DNA of 64,000 nucleotides, from positions 3,200,001 to 3,264,000 of the forward strand of contig OZ240245.1 in NCBI GenBank assembly GCA_965198175.1, written 5' to 3'. The stretch's first letter is position 1. Each line of letters begins with the position of its first letter. The notes beneath the pieces were generated by a model. It had not been told where the DNA came from. It did not search any database and saw only the letters and a program-made list of their open reading frames with translations. A program made the position numbers and the translations under genes. Shown here piece after piece: positions 31,875 to 41,693 of this stretch. Source of the DNA: Candidatus Poribacteria bacterium (lineage in GTDB: Bacteria > Poribacteria > WGA-4E > PCPOR2b).

Positions 31875-32678
31875 ATGACAAGATTAACCCTGTTGTGCCT
31901 GAGTATCATGGTTGTCATGTTGGTGCTTCCGGGCATCAACGATGCTGCGATTGATCCCTCAACTGCTATGGGAATATGGCTTTTGGATGAGGGAACGGGC
32001 GATATGGCGTACGATTCGTCGGGCAACGAGAATCATGGAACAATTAACGGCGCCGAATGGGTAAGCGGTAAGTTCGGTGGCGCATTGAGTTTCGACGGTG
32101 CTGATGATTTCGTCGATTGCGGAAATTCTGAACTTTTGCGAATCAGCACTGGTTCCATGGCTGCATGGATAAGCACTAATGTCTCTGATGATAGCGGTTT
32201 ATCCGCAGTGACGCTCCCTTATGATGACGGGGATGCGTGGGACGCGCCCTGGCGCAGTTTGGGGTTGGGCTCCTGGCGGGGCTCGTTGCGCTATTGGCTG
32301 GCTATTGACGGGGAAAACGCGGAAATGCAACCGGGCGACATCAATACGGAACAATGGTATCATCTGGTGGCGACCTTTGACGGGACAACCCGGAAAGCCT
32401 ATCTGGATGGTGAACTCGCCTTTGAAGCGGAAACCCCTGGTCTCATTGTCTACGGCGATCCCCTGCCATCGCTGGTAATTGGAGATCGGAATGTGAACCG
32501 CGCAGCGTCGGGCGAACTCATGAACGGTCTCGTTGATGACGTCGGGGTGTTCAATGTTGCGCTGGGCGACGAAGATGTTATGGACATCATGAACAATGGA
32601 CTTCAAGGCGTCGTTGCAGTTGAACCATCCGGCAAACTGGCTACCACTTGGGCGACGGTCAAAGGCTATCGTCAGTAG
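31875..32678 (+). CDS. Secreted LamG-like jellyroll protein with C-terminal motif
   Basis: Signal peptide; W.LDEG.G...DSSGN.NHG, GKFGGALSFDG and WYHLVATFDG motifs; C-terminal AVEPSGKLATTWATVK. Confidence 0.85.
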   Translation: MTRLTLLCLSIMVVMLVLPGINDAAIDPSTAMGIWLLDEGTGDMAYDSSGNENHGTINGAEWVSGKFGGALSFDGADDFVDCGNSELLRISTGSMAAWISTNVSDDSGLSAVTLPYDDGDAWDAPWRSLGLGSWRGSLRYWLAIDGENAEMQPGDINTEQWYHLVATFDGTTRKAYLDGELAFEAETPGLIVYGDPLPSLVIGDRNVNRAASGELMNGLVDDVGVFNVALGDEDVMDIMNNGLQGVVAVEPSGKLATTWATVKGYRQ

Positions 32679-32683
32679 CAATT

Positions 32684-32718
32684 TAACCTTCGGAAGGTAT
32701 TTCGCCTTCCGAAGGTTA
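32684..32718. repeat. Nested palindrome (REP-like or terminator)
   Basis: TAACCTTCGGAAGG-tatttcg-CCTTCCGAAGGTTA; each arm is itself palindromic. Confidence 0.6.
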
Positions 32719-32748
32719 TTCTAGTTTAGGTATGAAAGGTGAGATAGA

Positions 32749-33531
32749 ATGAGGCGGTTAACTCAAATATGTGCGATCGCACTGATGTTCACAGGCGTCA
32801 CCGATGCCAAAATTGACCCCGAAACGGCGGTAGGAGCATGGCTGCTTGATGAGGGCAGCGGCGATAAAGTCGGGGATTCCTCGGGTAACGGGAATGATGG
32901 AGAATTCATCGGAAAGCCCAAATGGGTTGACGGTGTGTTCGGCAAAGCGTTACACTTCGACGGTGAGGATGATATGGTCCCGGTAGGTGCGGACGAAGTT
33001 TTGCGCGTGAGTGAAGGAACGATGATGAACTGGATAAATATTCAGACCGCGGATGATATCGGTTTATCTTCGATGACGATTCCTTATGATGATGGACCAG
33101 CATGGGATGCGCCGTGGAGAAGCTTGGGGCTGGGGACATGGCAGGGACAACTCCGTTACTGGATCGCGATCAACGACCAGAATAGAGAGATACAGCCGGG
33201 GAACATTGAGGTGGATCGATGGTACCATGAAGCAATCACCTTTGATGGTGAGACCCGGAAAGCGTACCTAGATGGAGAACTCGCTGAATCCGTCGAGGGC
33301 GCGGGAAAAATTACATATGGAAAGCCGGCGCCAACGGCTGTGATTGGCAGCGCGAGTATCGCGGTACCGAGAGAGCTGTTTAACGGTTATGTGGATGAAG
33401 TCGCGATTTTCAACGTCGCATTGAGCGAAGCGGACATTAACGAGATTATCGACAACGGACTTAAGGGCATCTTGGCGGTCGATCCCAAAGGGAAAGCGAC
33501 CACGACTTGGGCAGCTATCAAAAGCGAATGA
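32749..33531 (+). CDS. Secreted LamG-like jellyroll protein, tandem paralog
   Basis: Shares PYDDG.AWDAPWRSLGLG.W with the upstream gene; C-terminal AVDPKGKATTTWAAIK. Confidence 0.85.
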   Translation: MRRLTQICAIALMFTGVTDAKIDPETAVGAWLLDEGSGDKVGDSSGNGNDGEFIGKPKWVDGVFGKALHFDGEDDMVPVGADEVLRVSEGTMMNWINIQTADDIGLSSMTIPYDDGPAWDAPWRSLGLGTWQGQLRYWIAINDQNREIQPGNIEVDRWYHEAITFDGETRKAYLDGELAESVEGAGKITYGKPAPTAVIGSASIAVPRELFNGYVDEVAIFNVALSEADINEIIDNGLKGILAVDPKGKATTTWAAIKSE

Positions 33532-33668
33532 AGTAACCCCAACCAAGGGTTTGCGCCTGTACAAAACGCAGCGCGAGACCCCTGCGGAATTGCTGTGGTA
33601 TAGAGCGGGCTATGGGTGCGTGACATGCGCAAGCGCCTCTTGTGTTTCCGGTTAAGAAATAGTTGAGC

Positions 33669-33700
33669 AGAAACCGAGTTTTGGCAAAAACTCGGTTTCT
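33669..33700. repeat. REP-like palindrome family A, copy 3
   Basis: AGAAACCGAGTTTT-ggca-AAAACTCGGTTTCT. Confidence 0.8.
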
Positions 33701-33825
33701 AAGCGAGTTAGGTGAGAAGGTTGTGAAAGCCAGAAAGTGAGTGAACCCTTTCTGGCTTTTTGGCTTTTGAGGTTGAATATTCGCACCCCCTCTATAGTAA
33801 AACCAATAATTATTTATACACTGCG

Positions 33826-33893
33826 GTAGGTTCGGTTTCCTAACCGAACCGGTATTTATCCAGTCCGTAGGTGCGGTTGGAAACCGCACCTAC
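33826..33893. repeat. Two GTAG-type REP hairpins
   Basis: GTAGGTTCGGTTTCCTAACCGAACC and the perfect GTAGGTGCGGTT-gga-AACCGCACCTAC. Confidence 0.75.
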
Positions 33894-33965
33894 CGAAACA
33901 TGTGTAAATTTGAATGGAATTGACTATAACTCTCTCTTGGCAAGGGGGAGGATTCTGCAATCGTA

Positions 33966-35147
33966 GTGTGGTTGAGCAACGTGAAATGGAGGTTTGCCGT
34001 GCTCTCAAGACAGAGGCTTTGCCATCTCGTAGTAGGCTGCGTTTCACTGATTGGAAGCATCATCTTCCTAGGGGATGTGCACCCGCAAGTACCCCCGACG
34101 CTGAAACTTGCCTTTCAGTCTGACCGCGACGGCAACAAAGAAATCTACCTGATGAATGTGATATTGAGGCAAGCCCAGAAACCGCAGAATCTCACGGTTC
34201 ATCCCGGGGAGGACAGTGCACCAGTTTGGTCGCCCGACGGCAGGCAGATTGCTTTTCTGTCTGAACGGGACGACAACAAGGAGATTTACGCAATGGACGC
34301 AGATGGGGAGAACCAACGCAATTTGACGAACCATCCGTCCGCCGATTTCTCCCCGACGTGGTCGCCCGACGGGCAGAAAATCGCCTTTACGACCAAACGG
34401 GACGGGTTCTTCGAGGAAATCTACACTGTGGATGCGAACGGTGAGAATCCGGTCAACCTTACGAACGAGCCCAAACGCGACTACATGCCGACGTGGTCCC
34501 CGGATGGGGGGAAGATTGCTTTCGTCTCCTTTCGAGAGCTACTTGGAGCGTCGGAGGTCTATGTGATGAATCCCGACGGAAAACAACCGCGTAGGCTGAC
34601 CAATAGCGCGGTGGGCGACATCTTCCCGGATTGGTCTCCGGATAGCCAGAAACTCATCTGGCTCATTACGAACCCCGGCAATATCGCAGTGATGAATGCC
34701 GACGGAGAAAACCCGATAAACCTGTCGGATGACAACAAATCCGAGCGCAGCTTCTGGTCTCCGGATGGCGAGAAGATTGCTCTCTTGACTCAGCGAGACG
34801 GGAATCGCGAGATTTACGTGATGGACGCCGATGGCGCGAATCAGCGCAACCTGTCAAACCACAAGGCGGAGGACACATCTCCAGCGTGGGCACCGGATAG
34901 TCAGACCATCGCCTTTGTCTCAGATCGGGATGGCAACAGAGAGATATACATCGCAGATGCCGCGGGGAAAGGGCTCCTCCGCAACTTAACGAATCACCCT
35001 GCGGACGACTCAAATCCCGCCTGGTCACCCGAGAAATCTCTATCGGTGTCTCCCAGAAGCAAGCGGTCAGTCATGTGGGGCTGGCTCAAGCATTTGAAAC
35101 GGGATGGGGGAGTTGAGACCCTTGAACCAGATGGGCACCAAGACTGA
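33966..35147 (+). CDS. TolB-like PD40-repeat beta-propeller protein
   Basis: About seven P.WSPDG..IAF.S.RDGN.EIY.M repeats; C-terminal SVSPRSKRSVMWGWLK. Confidence 0.85.
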   Translation: MWLSNVKWRFAVLSRQRLCHLVVGCVSLIGSIIFLGDVHPQVPPTLKLAFQSDRDGNKEIYLMNVILRQAQKPQNLTVHPGEDSAPVWSPDGRQIAFLSERDDNKEIYAMDADGENQRNLTNHPSADFSPTWSPDGQKIAFTTKRDGFFEEIYTVDANGENPVNLTNEPKRDYMPTWSPDGGKIAFVSFRELLGASEVYVMNPDGKQPRRLTNSAVGDIFPDWSPDSQKLIWLITNPGNIAVMNADGENPINLSDDNKSERSFWSPDGEKIALLTQRDGNREIYVMDADGANQRNLSNHKAEDTSPAWAPDSQTIAFVSDRDGNREIYIADAAGKGLLRNLTNHPADDSNPAWSPEKSLSVSPRSKRSVMWGWLKHLKRDGGVETLEPDGHQD

Positions 35148-35269
35148 CAAGATTCAGATGTCAAGGTCGTGCATGTGGAACGGGCATCCCACCGAATTTT
35201 AACAACCCGGAGTTACAACGCGTACAATAATCATTTGGTTACGCGCTTAATTGAGGTAGGCTTTATAAA

Positions 35270-36427
35270 ATGAAACCGATACCTACATTAACACAAACAG
35301 GTTGTTTAAAAAGACAAGACCGTTTCCGCGCACAACTTGCGGCACAGCAGATAGACGCGGCGGCGTTCATGGACTACCGCGATGTTTACTATTTCACAGG
35401 AACGCTGTTATCAGATATATTTCCAGTTTTTATGTTGCTGGAAACAGATGGCGGCTGTTGGGTAGTCGCGCATACCGATGATGGCGCTTCGAGCGTCGAT
35501 GAGTGGTTGGTGTATGAGTGGAACAAAATGGAGACCCTGAATTTTGACCTGATGCACCAATTGAATGTTGTTGTAAAAACACAGCTCCAGGATGTGAAGG
35601 GAAGAATTCACAGGCTTGGAACACACGATGCAAGTGTATCCAGCCTGCTTGGGAAAACACTAGATGAAGCGCTGCAATCGAGGGAATCCACCTCAATTGA
35701 TGGCTTGCTCGCAGAGGTACAGCGGTGCAAAGAGCTCGACGAGTTGGAGCTGATTCGTTGGAGCGTGCAGGTGAATCTCGCGGTCTACGATGCGACGCAA
35801 GCGGCTCTCGCAGAGGGGGTCAATGAGTTAACGGTGCTCGCGGAGGGACAACGCGCCGCCATGCTCAAGGCAGGTGAACGGCTATTTCACGACGGCGACT
35901 ATCAGTGCGGTGAACGTCATGGACCTGCCCGGAATCGGGAAATTAAACGCGGAGAGCTCTACATAATTGATGCGCACACGTGTTGTCGGGGCTACTGGTC
36001 GGATCTGGCGCGAACCTTCGTAGTCGATAGTGAGGCTACAGACCTTCAGCAGTCGATTTTCGACCACATTGCGGCGGTACAACAGTCCGTTCCGTCCCTC
36101 CTCAAACATGGCGCTCGGGGCACGGAGATATGGCGTGTACTCGACGAGCACATTCGGGAACATCCGGCACTTGCTGAGAAGGGCTTAGTTCATCACGCTG
36201 GACACGGCATCGGTATCCGCATGCACGAACCTCCAGATCTCAACCGAGACCGCGAAGGCATCTTACAAGTCGGAGATGTCGTCTGCGTTGAACCCGGAGG
36301 ATATACGCCTGCCGCACAATATGGGGTGCGTATTGAGAACACATACCTCATAACCGAGTCGGGATGCGAGAATCTTTCAGAGTATCCGGCAAACATCGTG
36401 CCCGCCGGACGTTCAACCCCGACCTAA
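35270..36427 (+). CDS. Xaa-Pro peptidase family (M24) protein
   Basis: GYWSDLART, HHAGHGIG..HEPP, VEPG and GVRIE motifs. Confidence 0.88.
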   Translation: MKPIPTLTQTGCLKRQDRFRAQLAAQQIDAAAFMDYRDVYYFTGTLLSDIFPVFMLLETDGGCWVVAHTDDGASSVDEWLVYEWNKMETLNFDLMHQLNVVVKTQLQDVKGRIHRLGTHDASVSSLLGKTLDEALQSRESTSIDGLLAEVQRCKELDELELIRWSVQVNLAVYDATQAALAEGVNELTVLAEGQRAAMLKAGERLFHDGDYQCGERHGPARNREIKRGELYIIDAHTCCRGYWSDLARTFVVDSEATDLQQSIFDHIAAVQQSVPSLLKHGARGTEIWRVLDEHIREHPALAEKGLVHHAGHGIGIRMHEPPDLNRDREGILQVGDVVCVEPGGYTPAAQYGVRIENTYLITESGCENLSEYPANIVPAGRSTPT

Positions 36428-36468
36428 GTCCGTTGAGTATCCGTATGAAAGTAACGGAGAACGACTCC

Positions 36469-38565
36469 ATGCCGAATCCGATGTATGATGTACTGAATCC
36501 CCGCTCCGTTGCCGTTATCGGCGCCTCTAGGAATCCCACCAGCTTTAGCTTCACGTATCTGTCCATCATGAAGAACTACGGCTATCAGGGCAGAATTTAC
36601 CCAATCAATCCGAGGGCGGACGTTATTCTCGGTCTGAAGTGCTATCCGACTATCCTTGACGTTCCTGACGAAATCGATTTGGCGGTCGTAATCACCGGTA
36701 GACAAATTGCCGGAACATCTGTTGAAGCGTGCGTCGAAAAGGGTGTCAAGGGCATCGTCCTTCTGACCGGAGGATTTGCTGAACTCGACGCTGAGGGCGA
36801 ATCGATCCAAAACCGGTTCGTCCGTCGGGCTAAGGAAAAAGGGATACGCGTCATCGGTCCGAACACGCTAGGTTTCTATAGCGCGCCGGTCAATTTTGAC
36901 GGCTTGCTGTCGGGTTTCATTCGAAAGGGGAACATCGGCTTGGCAGGACAGAGCGGGAATCTGACGCGATCGCTCGCCTTTCCTGGAATCAGAAGGGGCT
37001 TGGGATTCCGATACATCATCGGCTTGGGAAATCAGGCGGATGTCGAATTTCATGAGATTGTTCGATATTTTCGAGAGGACGAAGGCGTCAAGGTTATCGC
37101 CCTTCATATTGAGGGTATGAAAGACGGTCGAAAGTTTATGGAGGAGGTTTGGGAGGCGACGAAGGTCAAGCCGGTCGTTATTCTGAAGTGCGGGCGCACG
37201 GTGCACGCGTCGCGCGTGATCTCCAGCCATACCGCATCCCTATCGGGCGAGGATGCGATTTATGATTCCGCCTTCAAGCAGTGCGGCGCGATTCGGATTG
37301 AGAACACGATTGAGTTCAGCTCACTCTTGTTGGCGCTCAGCGTTGGAAAATTGCCGAAGGGCGATCGCGTAGGCGTCTTGTCCGAAGGCGGCGGGGACTG
37401 CGCGTTGACCGCGGATGCGTGTGTGCTAAGGAATCTCAAACTTCCTACCTTTCCCACAGAGCAGCAGGAACGTCTCAGAGAGATTGTACCGGAGATTGGG
37501 CAGGTGACGAACCCGGTCGACATGGCGATGTGGCAGAAGATACCCGAAGTCGCAGAAATCATGCTGGACGGAGATGCGATTGATGGATTGCTGATCGTGG
37601 GCGGGTTCGCTGGATGGGACTTTTTGAATCCAGATGTAACACCCGAGGTAAGTGCGTCGGCTCAGAAGATGGTTGAAGTAACATCGAAAGCGGAAAAACC
37701 CGTCCTGATTTATTCATACTATTCCTACGGTGACTCGAAACCAATCGACACCCTTCGACAAAACGGCGTCCCCCTCTTCATGGACCATCACGATGCTGCG
37801 AATGCAATGGCGGGAATGGTTCAATACGTCAAGTACAGGTCGAACCTGTCCGGGCGGCGGTTTGAAAGCGGTATGAACGCACCATACGATTTCCGACACC
37901 ATCAGACAAGACTTCTCTTGGAAAATCGGGCGAATCAGATGCTGGAATCAGCGGGATTGCCCTTTCCCGCGTATCGTGTTGCTGAGACTCGACAGGGAGC
38001 GATCGACGCCGCGGACGAAATTGGTTATCCGGTTGCGCTAAAGATTATCTCCGAAGATGTGATACATAAGTCCGATCTCGGCGGCGTCAAATTAGGGTTA
38101 CATACGCAAGATGAGGTCGGCGATGCGTTCGACGCAGTGGTTTCCAATGTGCGGAAGTTCAGCGAAAACGCCCGGATTTCCGGTGCCTTGGTGAGCGAAA
38201 TGGCGGTCGAAGATGGGATTGAAGTGATTATCGGCGGCTTAAGAGATTCGACCTTCGGACCGACCGTGATGTTTGGGCTCGGCGGTGTCTTCGTGGAGAC
38301 ACTGGCTGATGTCGCTTTCAGAGTTTGCCCGATCGATCGGGTGGACGCAGATGAAATGATTCGTGAGATTAAAGGCTTTCCGCTGCTCAGCGGCGGCAGG
38401 GGGCGAAAACCGGTGGATCTGGCGAGCATCAGCACGGCGCTGCTCACCGTCGCAAGGTTGTTTATCGAAAATCCGCACATCGCACAACTCGACTTAAATC
38501 CGGTTAAGGTTTATCAAAGGGGTTTATCTGTTTTAGACGCACGAGTCATTTTGTACGCGGAATAG
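36469..38565 (+). CDS. Acetate/acyl-CoA ligase (ADP-forming) family, fused alpha-beta
   Basis: NPRSVAVIGAS, IGPNTLG, SHTASL and ATP-grasp HKSDLGGV...FGPTVMFGLGG...LDLNP motifs. Confidence 0.88.
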   Translation: MPNPMYDVLNPRSVAVIGASRNPTSFSFTYLSIMKNYGYQGRIYPINPRADVILGLKCYPTILDVPDEIDLAVVITGRQIAGTSVEACVEKGVKGIVLLTGGFAELDAEGESIQNRFVRRAKEKGIRVIGPNTLGFYSAPVNFDGLLSGFIRKGNIGLAGQSGNLTRSLAFPGIRRGLGFRYIIGLGNQADVEFHEIVRYFREDEGVKVIALHIEGMKDGRKFMEEVWEATKVKPVVILKCGRTVHASRVISSHTASLSGEDAIYDSAFKQCGAIRIENTIEFSSLLLALSVGKLPKGDRVGVLSEGGGDCALTADACVLRNLKLPTFPTEQQERLREIVPEIGQVTNPVDMAMWQKIPEVAEIMLDGDAIDGLLIVGGFAGWDFLNPDVTPEVSASAQKMVEVTSKAEKPVLIYSYYSYGDSKPIDTLRQNGVPLFMDHHDAANAMAGMVQYVKYRSNLSGRRFESGMNAPYDFRHHQTRLLLENRANQMLESAGLPFPAYRVAETRQGAIDAADEIGYPVALKIISEDVIHKSDLGGVKLGLHTQDEVGDAFDAVVSNVRKFSENARISGALVSEMAVEDGIEVIIGGLRDSTFGPTVMFGLGGVFVETLADVAFRVCPIDRVDADEMIREIKGFPLLSGGRGRKPVDLASISTALLTVARLFIENPHIAQLDLNPVKVYQRGLSVLDARVILYAE

Positions 38566-38729
38566 CTGACGCTAAGGAAATGTCCGCCGTGTTGGATTCT
38601 TTAACGTCGTGTGCACCTAGCGTCCCCTACCGTTGGTGTAAACTGTCGTTTCAACAGACGTTGCTCCCCCTGAATCCCTTCCGGGAAGCGATTGTTGTGT
38701 GTCACTAACCTCCAAGGCTTATCAGAACG

Positions 38730-40670
38730 ATGAAAACGCCACCCTCGCCGAGAAATGTATCCGTCCGTGCGGTGCTAATCGCGTTAATCCTCACCATTCC
38801 CAACTCCTATTGGCTGATGATTAACTGGGGACCGAGCGGGTATCAGACCGGTCAGAGCTTCCCCACCGTTGTTTCCCTGTATTTCAATGTCATTTTTATC
38901 ATCCTCCTGTTGATTGGCTGGAATCGCCTCGTCCGCTATATCGCTCCGCAGAAGCAACTGAGTGATGCCGAGTTGATGGTCATCTACATACTCCTAGCGG
39001 TGGCGTCGTCGCTTGCGGGGCACGACATGCTCCAGATTTTCTGGCCTCTCATGACCCAATCTATCTGGTATGCGCAGCCTGAGAACGAGTGGGCGAAATT
39101 ATTCCATCATCATATTCCTGATTGGTTGACGATTAAAGAGCGGACAGCGCTCGCCCCGTTTTATCACGGGGAGTCATCGCTTTATATCTGGAAACATCTG
39201 CGGCTTTGGCTCAAGCCCGTCTTTTGGTGGTCTGCGCTGGTTATCGCCCTGACGTGGATGATGCTATGCTTCACGGTGCTCATCCGCCGACAGTGGGCCT
39301 ACCATGAGCGGCTCATCTATCCAATCATCCAGATTCCGCTCCAAATCACCGAACGAAGCGGAGGCGTGTTATTCAAAAACAGGCTCTTTTGGATTGGGTT
39401 CAGCCTTGCGGGGATCATCAACGTAATCAACGGCATCCACTTTCTTGTGCCGGCGGTGCCAAGCGTTGGCGGGATTGGACGCGATCCATTTAATATGGGA
39501 TATGACCTCGGTCAATTCTTTACGGAAAAGCCGTTCAGTGCAATCGGATATACGCCTGTCGCCTTTTATCCCTTTGCCGTGGGCTTGAGTTTCTTTATCC
39601 CCCTGGGGCTTTCGTTTTCCATCTGGTTCTTCTATCTGTTTCACAAGGTAGTTCAGGTTTGGCAAACCACAATGGGACTTGAAAACTTGGTGTCAGCCTT
39701 CGGGCCTCAAGCACAACTGTTCGGCGCCTGGTTTGGGATAGCGATTGCCGCGCTGTGGACAACCCGAAAATTTCTCACTCATCAGATTAGAGACGCCGTT
39801 CGCAGCGGGAACGAAGGGGATGAAGAGGTTCGCATGGTGAGGTGGGCGCTGATGGGGCTAATTGCCTGTGGGAGTTTCGTTCTGCTTTTTTGTCTCAGCG
39901 CCGGAGTTTCGCCAATCTATGTGCTCGTGTATTTCGCGCTTTTCTTTGTCGTAGCGATTGCCATTAGCCGTGTCCGTGCAGAGCTTGGACCGCCCACACA
40001 TGACGCGCTCTGGAATCCTGGCAGCGCCTTGGTCATCTTTTTCGGGACGCGTTCGCTTGGCCCGAAGGCGTTGACGCTATTCACGATGTTTCGCGGGTTT
40101 AACCGATCGTACCGATGCCACCCGATGCCCGTTATGCTCGAAGGGTTCAAAGCGGCTGAGTTGCGGCGAATGTCTCCAAGGGCGATTATCCTTCCGATTC
40201 TGACGGTGACCGTTGTCGGTACCATCTCGTCCGCATGGGCATTCTATTCGCAGGCGTACCGTTACGGCGCCGATGTCTACGGCGAGCACTGGGGTATTGG
40301 CGCCTTCAGTCAGTTGCGCGCTTGGATCGCGACTCCGCAACGGTCGTCGCCTGTGGAAATTACGATAGCGATTCTGTCACTCGCCTTCACCGGGCTCCTC
40401 GCGGTGATGCACCGTCGGTTTCTTTGGTGGCCCTTCCATCCCGCGGGTTATGCAATTGGGATTGGCTACCCGACAATGCACTGGTATTGGTTTTCAATTC
40501 TCATGAGTTGGTGCGTCAAGTTAATCCTATTCCGGATTGGCGGTATTCGCGCCTATCGGAAAGGTGTACCGTTTTTCACCGGACTTGTCGTAGGTGAATT
40601 CATTGGCGGGGCGCTATGGGCTCTGATTGGAATCAGCCTGGAAAAGCCGATGTACCGCTTCATGTTTTAG
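38730..40670 (+). CDS. Multi-pass membrane protein (DUF6785/DUF6784-like, possible transporter)
   Basis: More than 14 TM segments; RRQW..ERL.YP, RVRAELGPP and WWPFHPAGY motifs. Confidence 0.65.
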   Translation: MKTPPSPRNVSVRAVLIALILTIPNSYWLMINWGPSGYQTGQSFPTVVSLYFNVIFIILLLIGWNRLVRYIAPQKQLSDAELMVIYILLAVASSLAGHDMLQIFWPLMTQSIWYAQPENEWAKLFHHHIPDWLTIKERTALAPFYHGESSLYIWKHLRLWLKPVFWWSALVIALTWMMLCFTVLIRRQWAYHERLIYPIIQIPLQITERSGGVLFKNRLFWIGFSLAGIINVINGIHFLVPAVPSVGGIGRDPFNMGYDLGQFFTEKPFSAIGYTPVAFYPFAVGLSFFIPLGLSFSIWFFYLFHKVVQVWQTTMGLENLVSAFGPQAQLFGAWFGIAIAALWTTRKFLTHQIRDAVRSGNEGDEEVRMVRWALMGLIACGSFVLLFCLSAGVSPIYVLVYFALFFVVAIAISRVRAELGPPTHDALWNPGSALVIFFGTRSLGPKALTLFTMFRGFNRSYRCHPMPVMLEGFKAAELRRMSPRAIILPILTVTVVGTISSAWAFYSQAYRYGADVYGEHWGIGAFSQLRAWIATPQRSSPVEITIAILSLAFTGLLAVMHRRFLWWPFHPAGYAIGIGYPTMHWYWFSILMSWCVKLILFRIGGIRAYRKGVPFFTGLVVGEFIGGALWALIGISLEKPMYRFMF

Positions 40671-40820
40671 TTTTGCTAACGGTTGACGTTCCACCCAGGC
40701 TATGCTATAATGCCAATCGGATCGATGACTCAGGGGTCGAATTTGACCTTACAAATGGACTCGGGGAATCCTCTGGTTTCATCGTGAAACAAAGAGTGTA
40801 CTTCAGAGAGGAAATGTGCG

Positions 40821-41612
40821 ATGGCAGATCGATTAAAGGGTAGAGTTGCGTTGGTCACCGGCGGTGGGACGGGTATCGGCAAGGCGATTGCCATTACCTT
40901 TGCCCGCGAGGGGGCGAAAGTGGTTGTGTCGGGTAGGACATCCAGCACTTTGGCTGAGACCGTCAAGCAGATCAGCGATGAGGGAAATGATGCGGTATAC
41001 GTGCAAGGTGATGTCTCCATAGCTGCAGATGCCGAGCGGATGGTTAAGGTTACCGTCGATAAATACGGACAGCTTGATGTGCTGGTCAACAACGCGGGCG
41101 TTCGTGCGAGTATCCTAACCGTTATGGATTTGACGGAAGATGAATGGCAGCGCACCTTTGACATCGATGCGAAGGGTTCATGGCTTTGCTCGAAAGCTGC
41201 GATTCCTGAAATGCGAAAAATCGGCGGCGGCTCCATTATAATGATTTCATCCAATTGCGCCTACGTGGGTCTACGCAAACAGGGCGCCTATAACGCTGCC
41301 AAAGCAGCGCAGGAGCTCTTGATGAAGTGCATGGCACTGGATTTCGCGCCCGACAAGATACGCGTTAATTCGATATGTCCGGCGTGGGTTAGAACGGAGA
41401 TGAATCGCGATCAGTTAGCCGAGATGGAAGCTAACCCGGATAAGGAGTTTCCACCGGGTTACAAGTTCTCCGATGTGGTGGAGTTGCATCCAATCGGGCG
41501 CATTGGTGAACCGGAGGACGTGGCATGGGCTGCGGTCTATTTTGCATCCGACGAATCCTCATGGGCTACTGGATCCTCGCTTGCGCTTGATGGCGGATAT
41601 ACCTGTCAGTAG
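40821..41612 (+). CDS. Short-chain dehydrogenase/reductase (SDR)
   Basis: TGGGTGIG, NNAG, YNAAK and LDGG motifs. Confidence 0.9.
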   Translation: MADRLKGRVALVTGGGTGIGKAIAITFAREGAKVVVSGRTSSTLAETVKQISDEGNDAVYVQGDVSIAADAERMVKVTVDKYGQLDVLVNNAGVRASILTVMDLTEDEWQRTFDIDAKGSWLCSKAAIPEMRKIGGGSIIMISSNCAYVGLRKQGAYNAAKAAQELLMKCMALDFAPDKIRVNSICPAWVRTEMNRDQLAEMEANPDKEFPPGYKFSDVVELHPIGRIGEPEDVAWAAVYFASDESSWATGSSLALDGGYTCQ

Positions 41613-41693
41613 CCCGTAATGAACCACATCGTTACGAGGCAAGTTATTTAAACTAAGCGTAGCTATCGAACGAGAGTAAAGGAGCGTCATTCA

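Noticed and set aside
34100..35030. Periodic repeats resembling a CRISPR array
   Set aside because: They are degenerate in-frame PD40 protein repeats, not identical repeats with unique spacers. No cas genes are present.
38566..38720. Riboswitch upstream of the membrane protein gene (GACGCTAAGG...CCTAGCGTC stem)
   Set aside because: There is one imperfect stem but no recognisable aptamer consensus.
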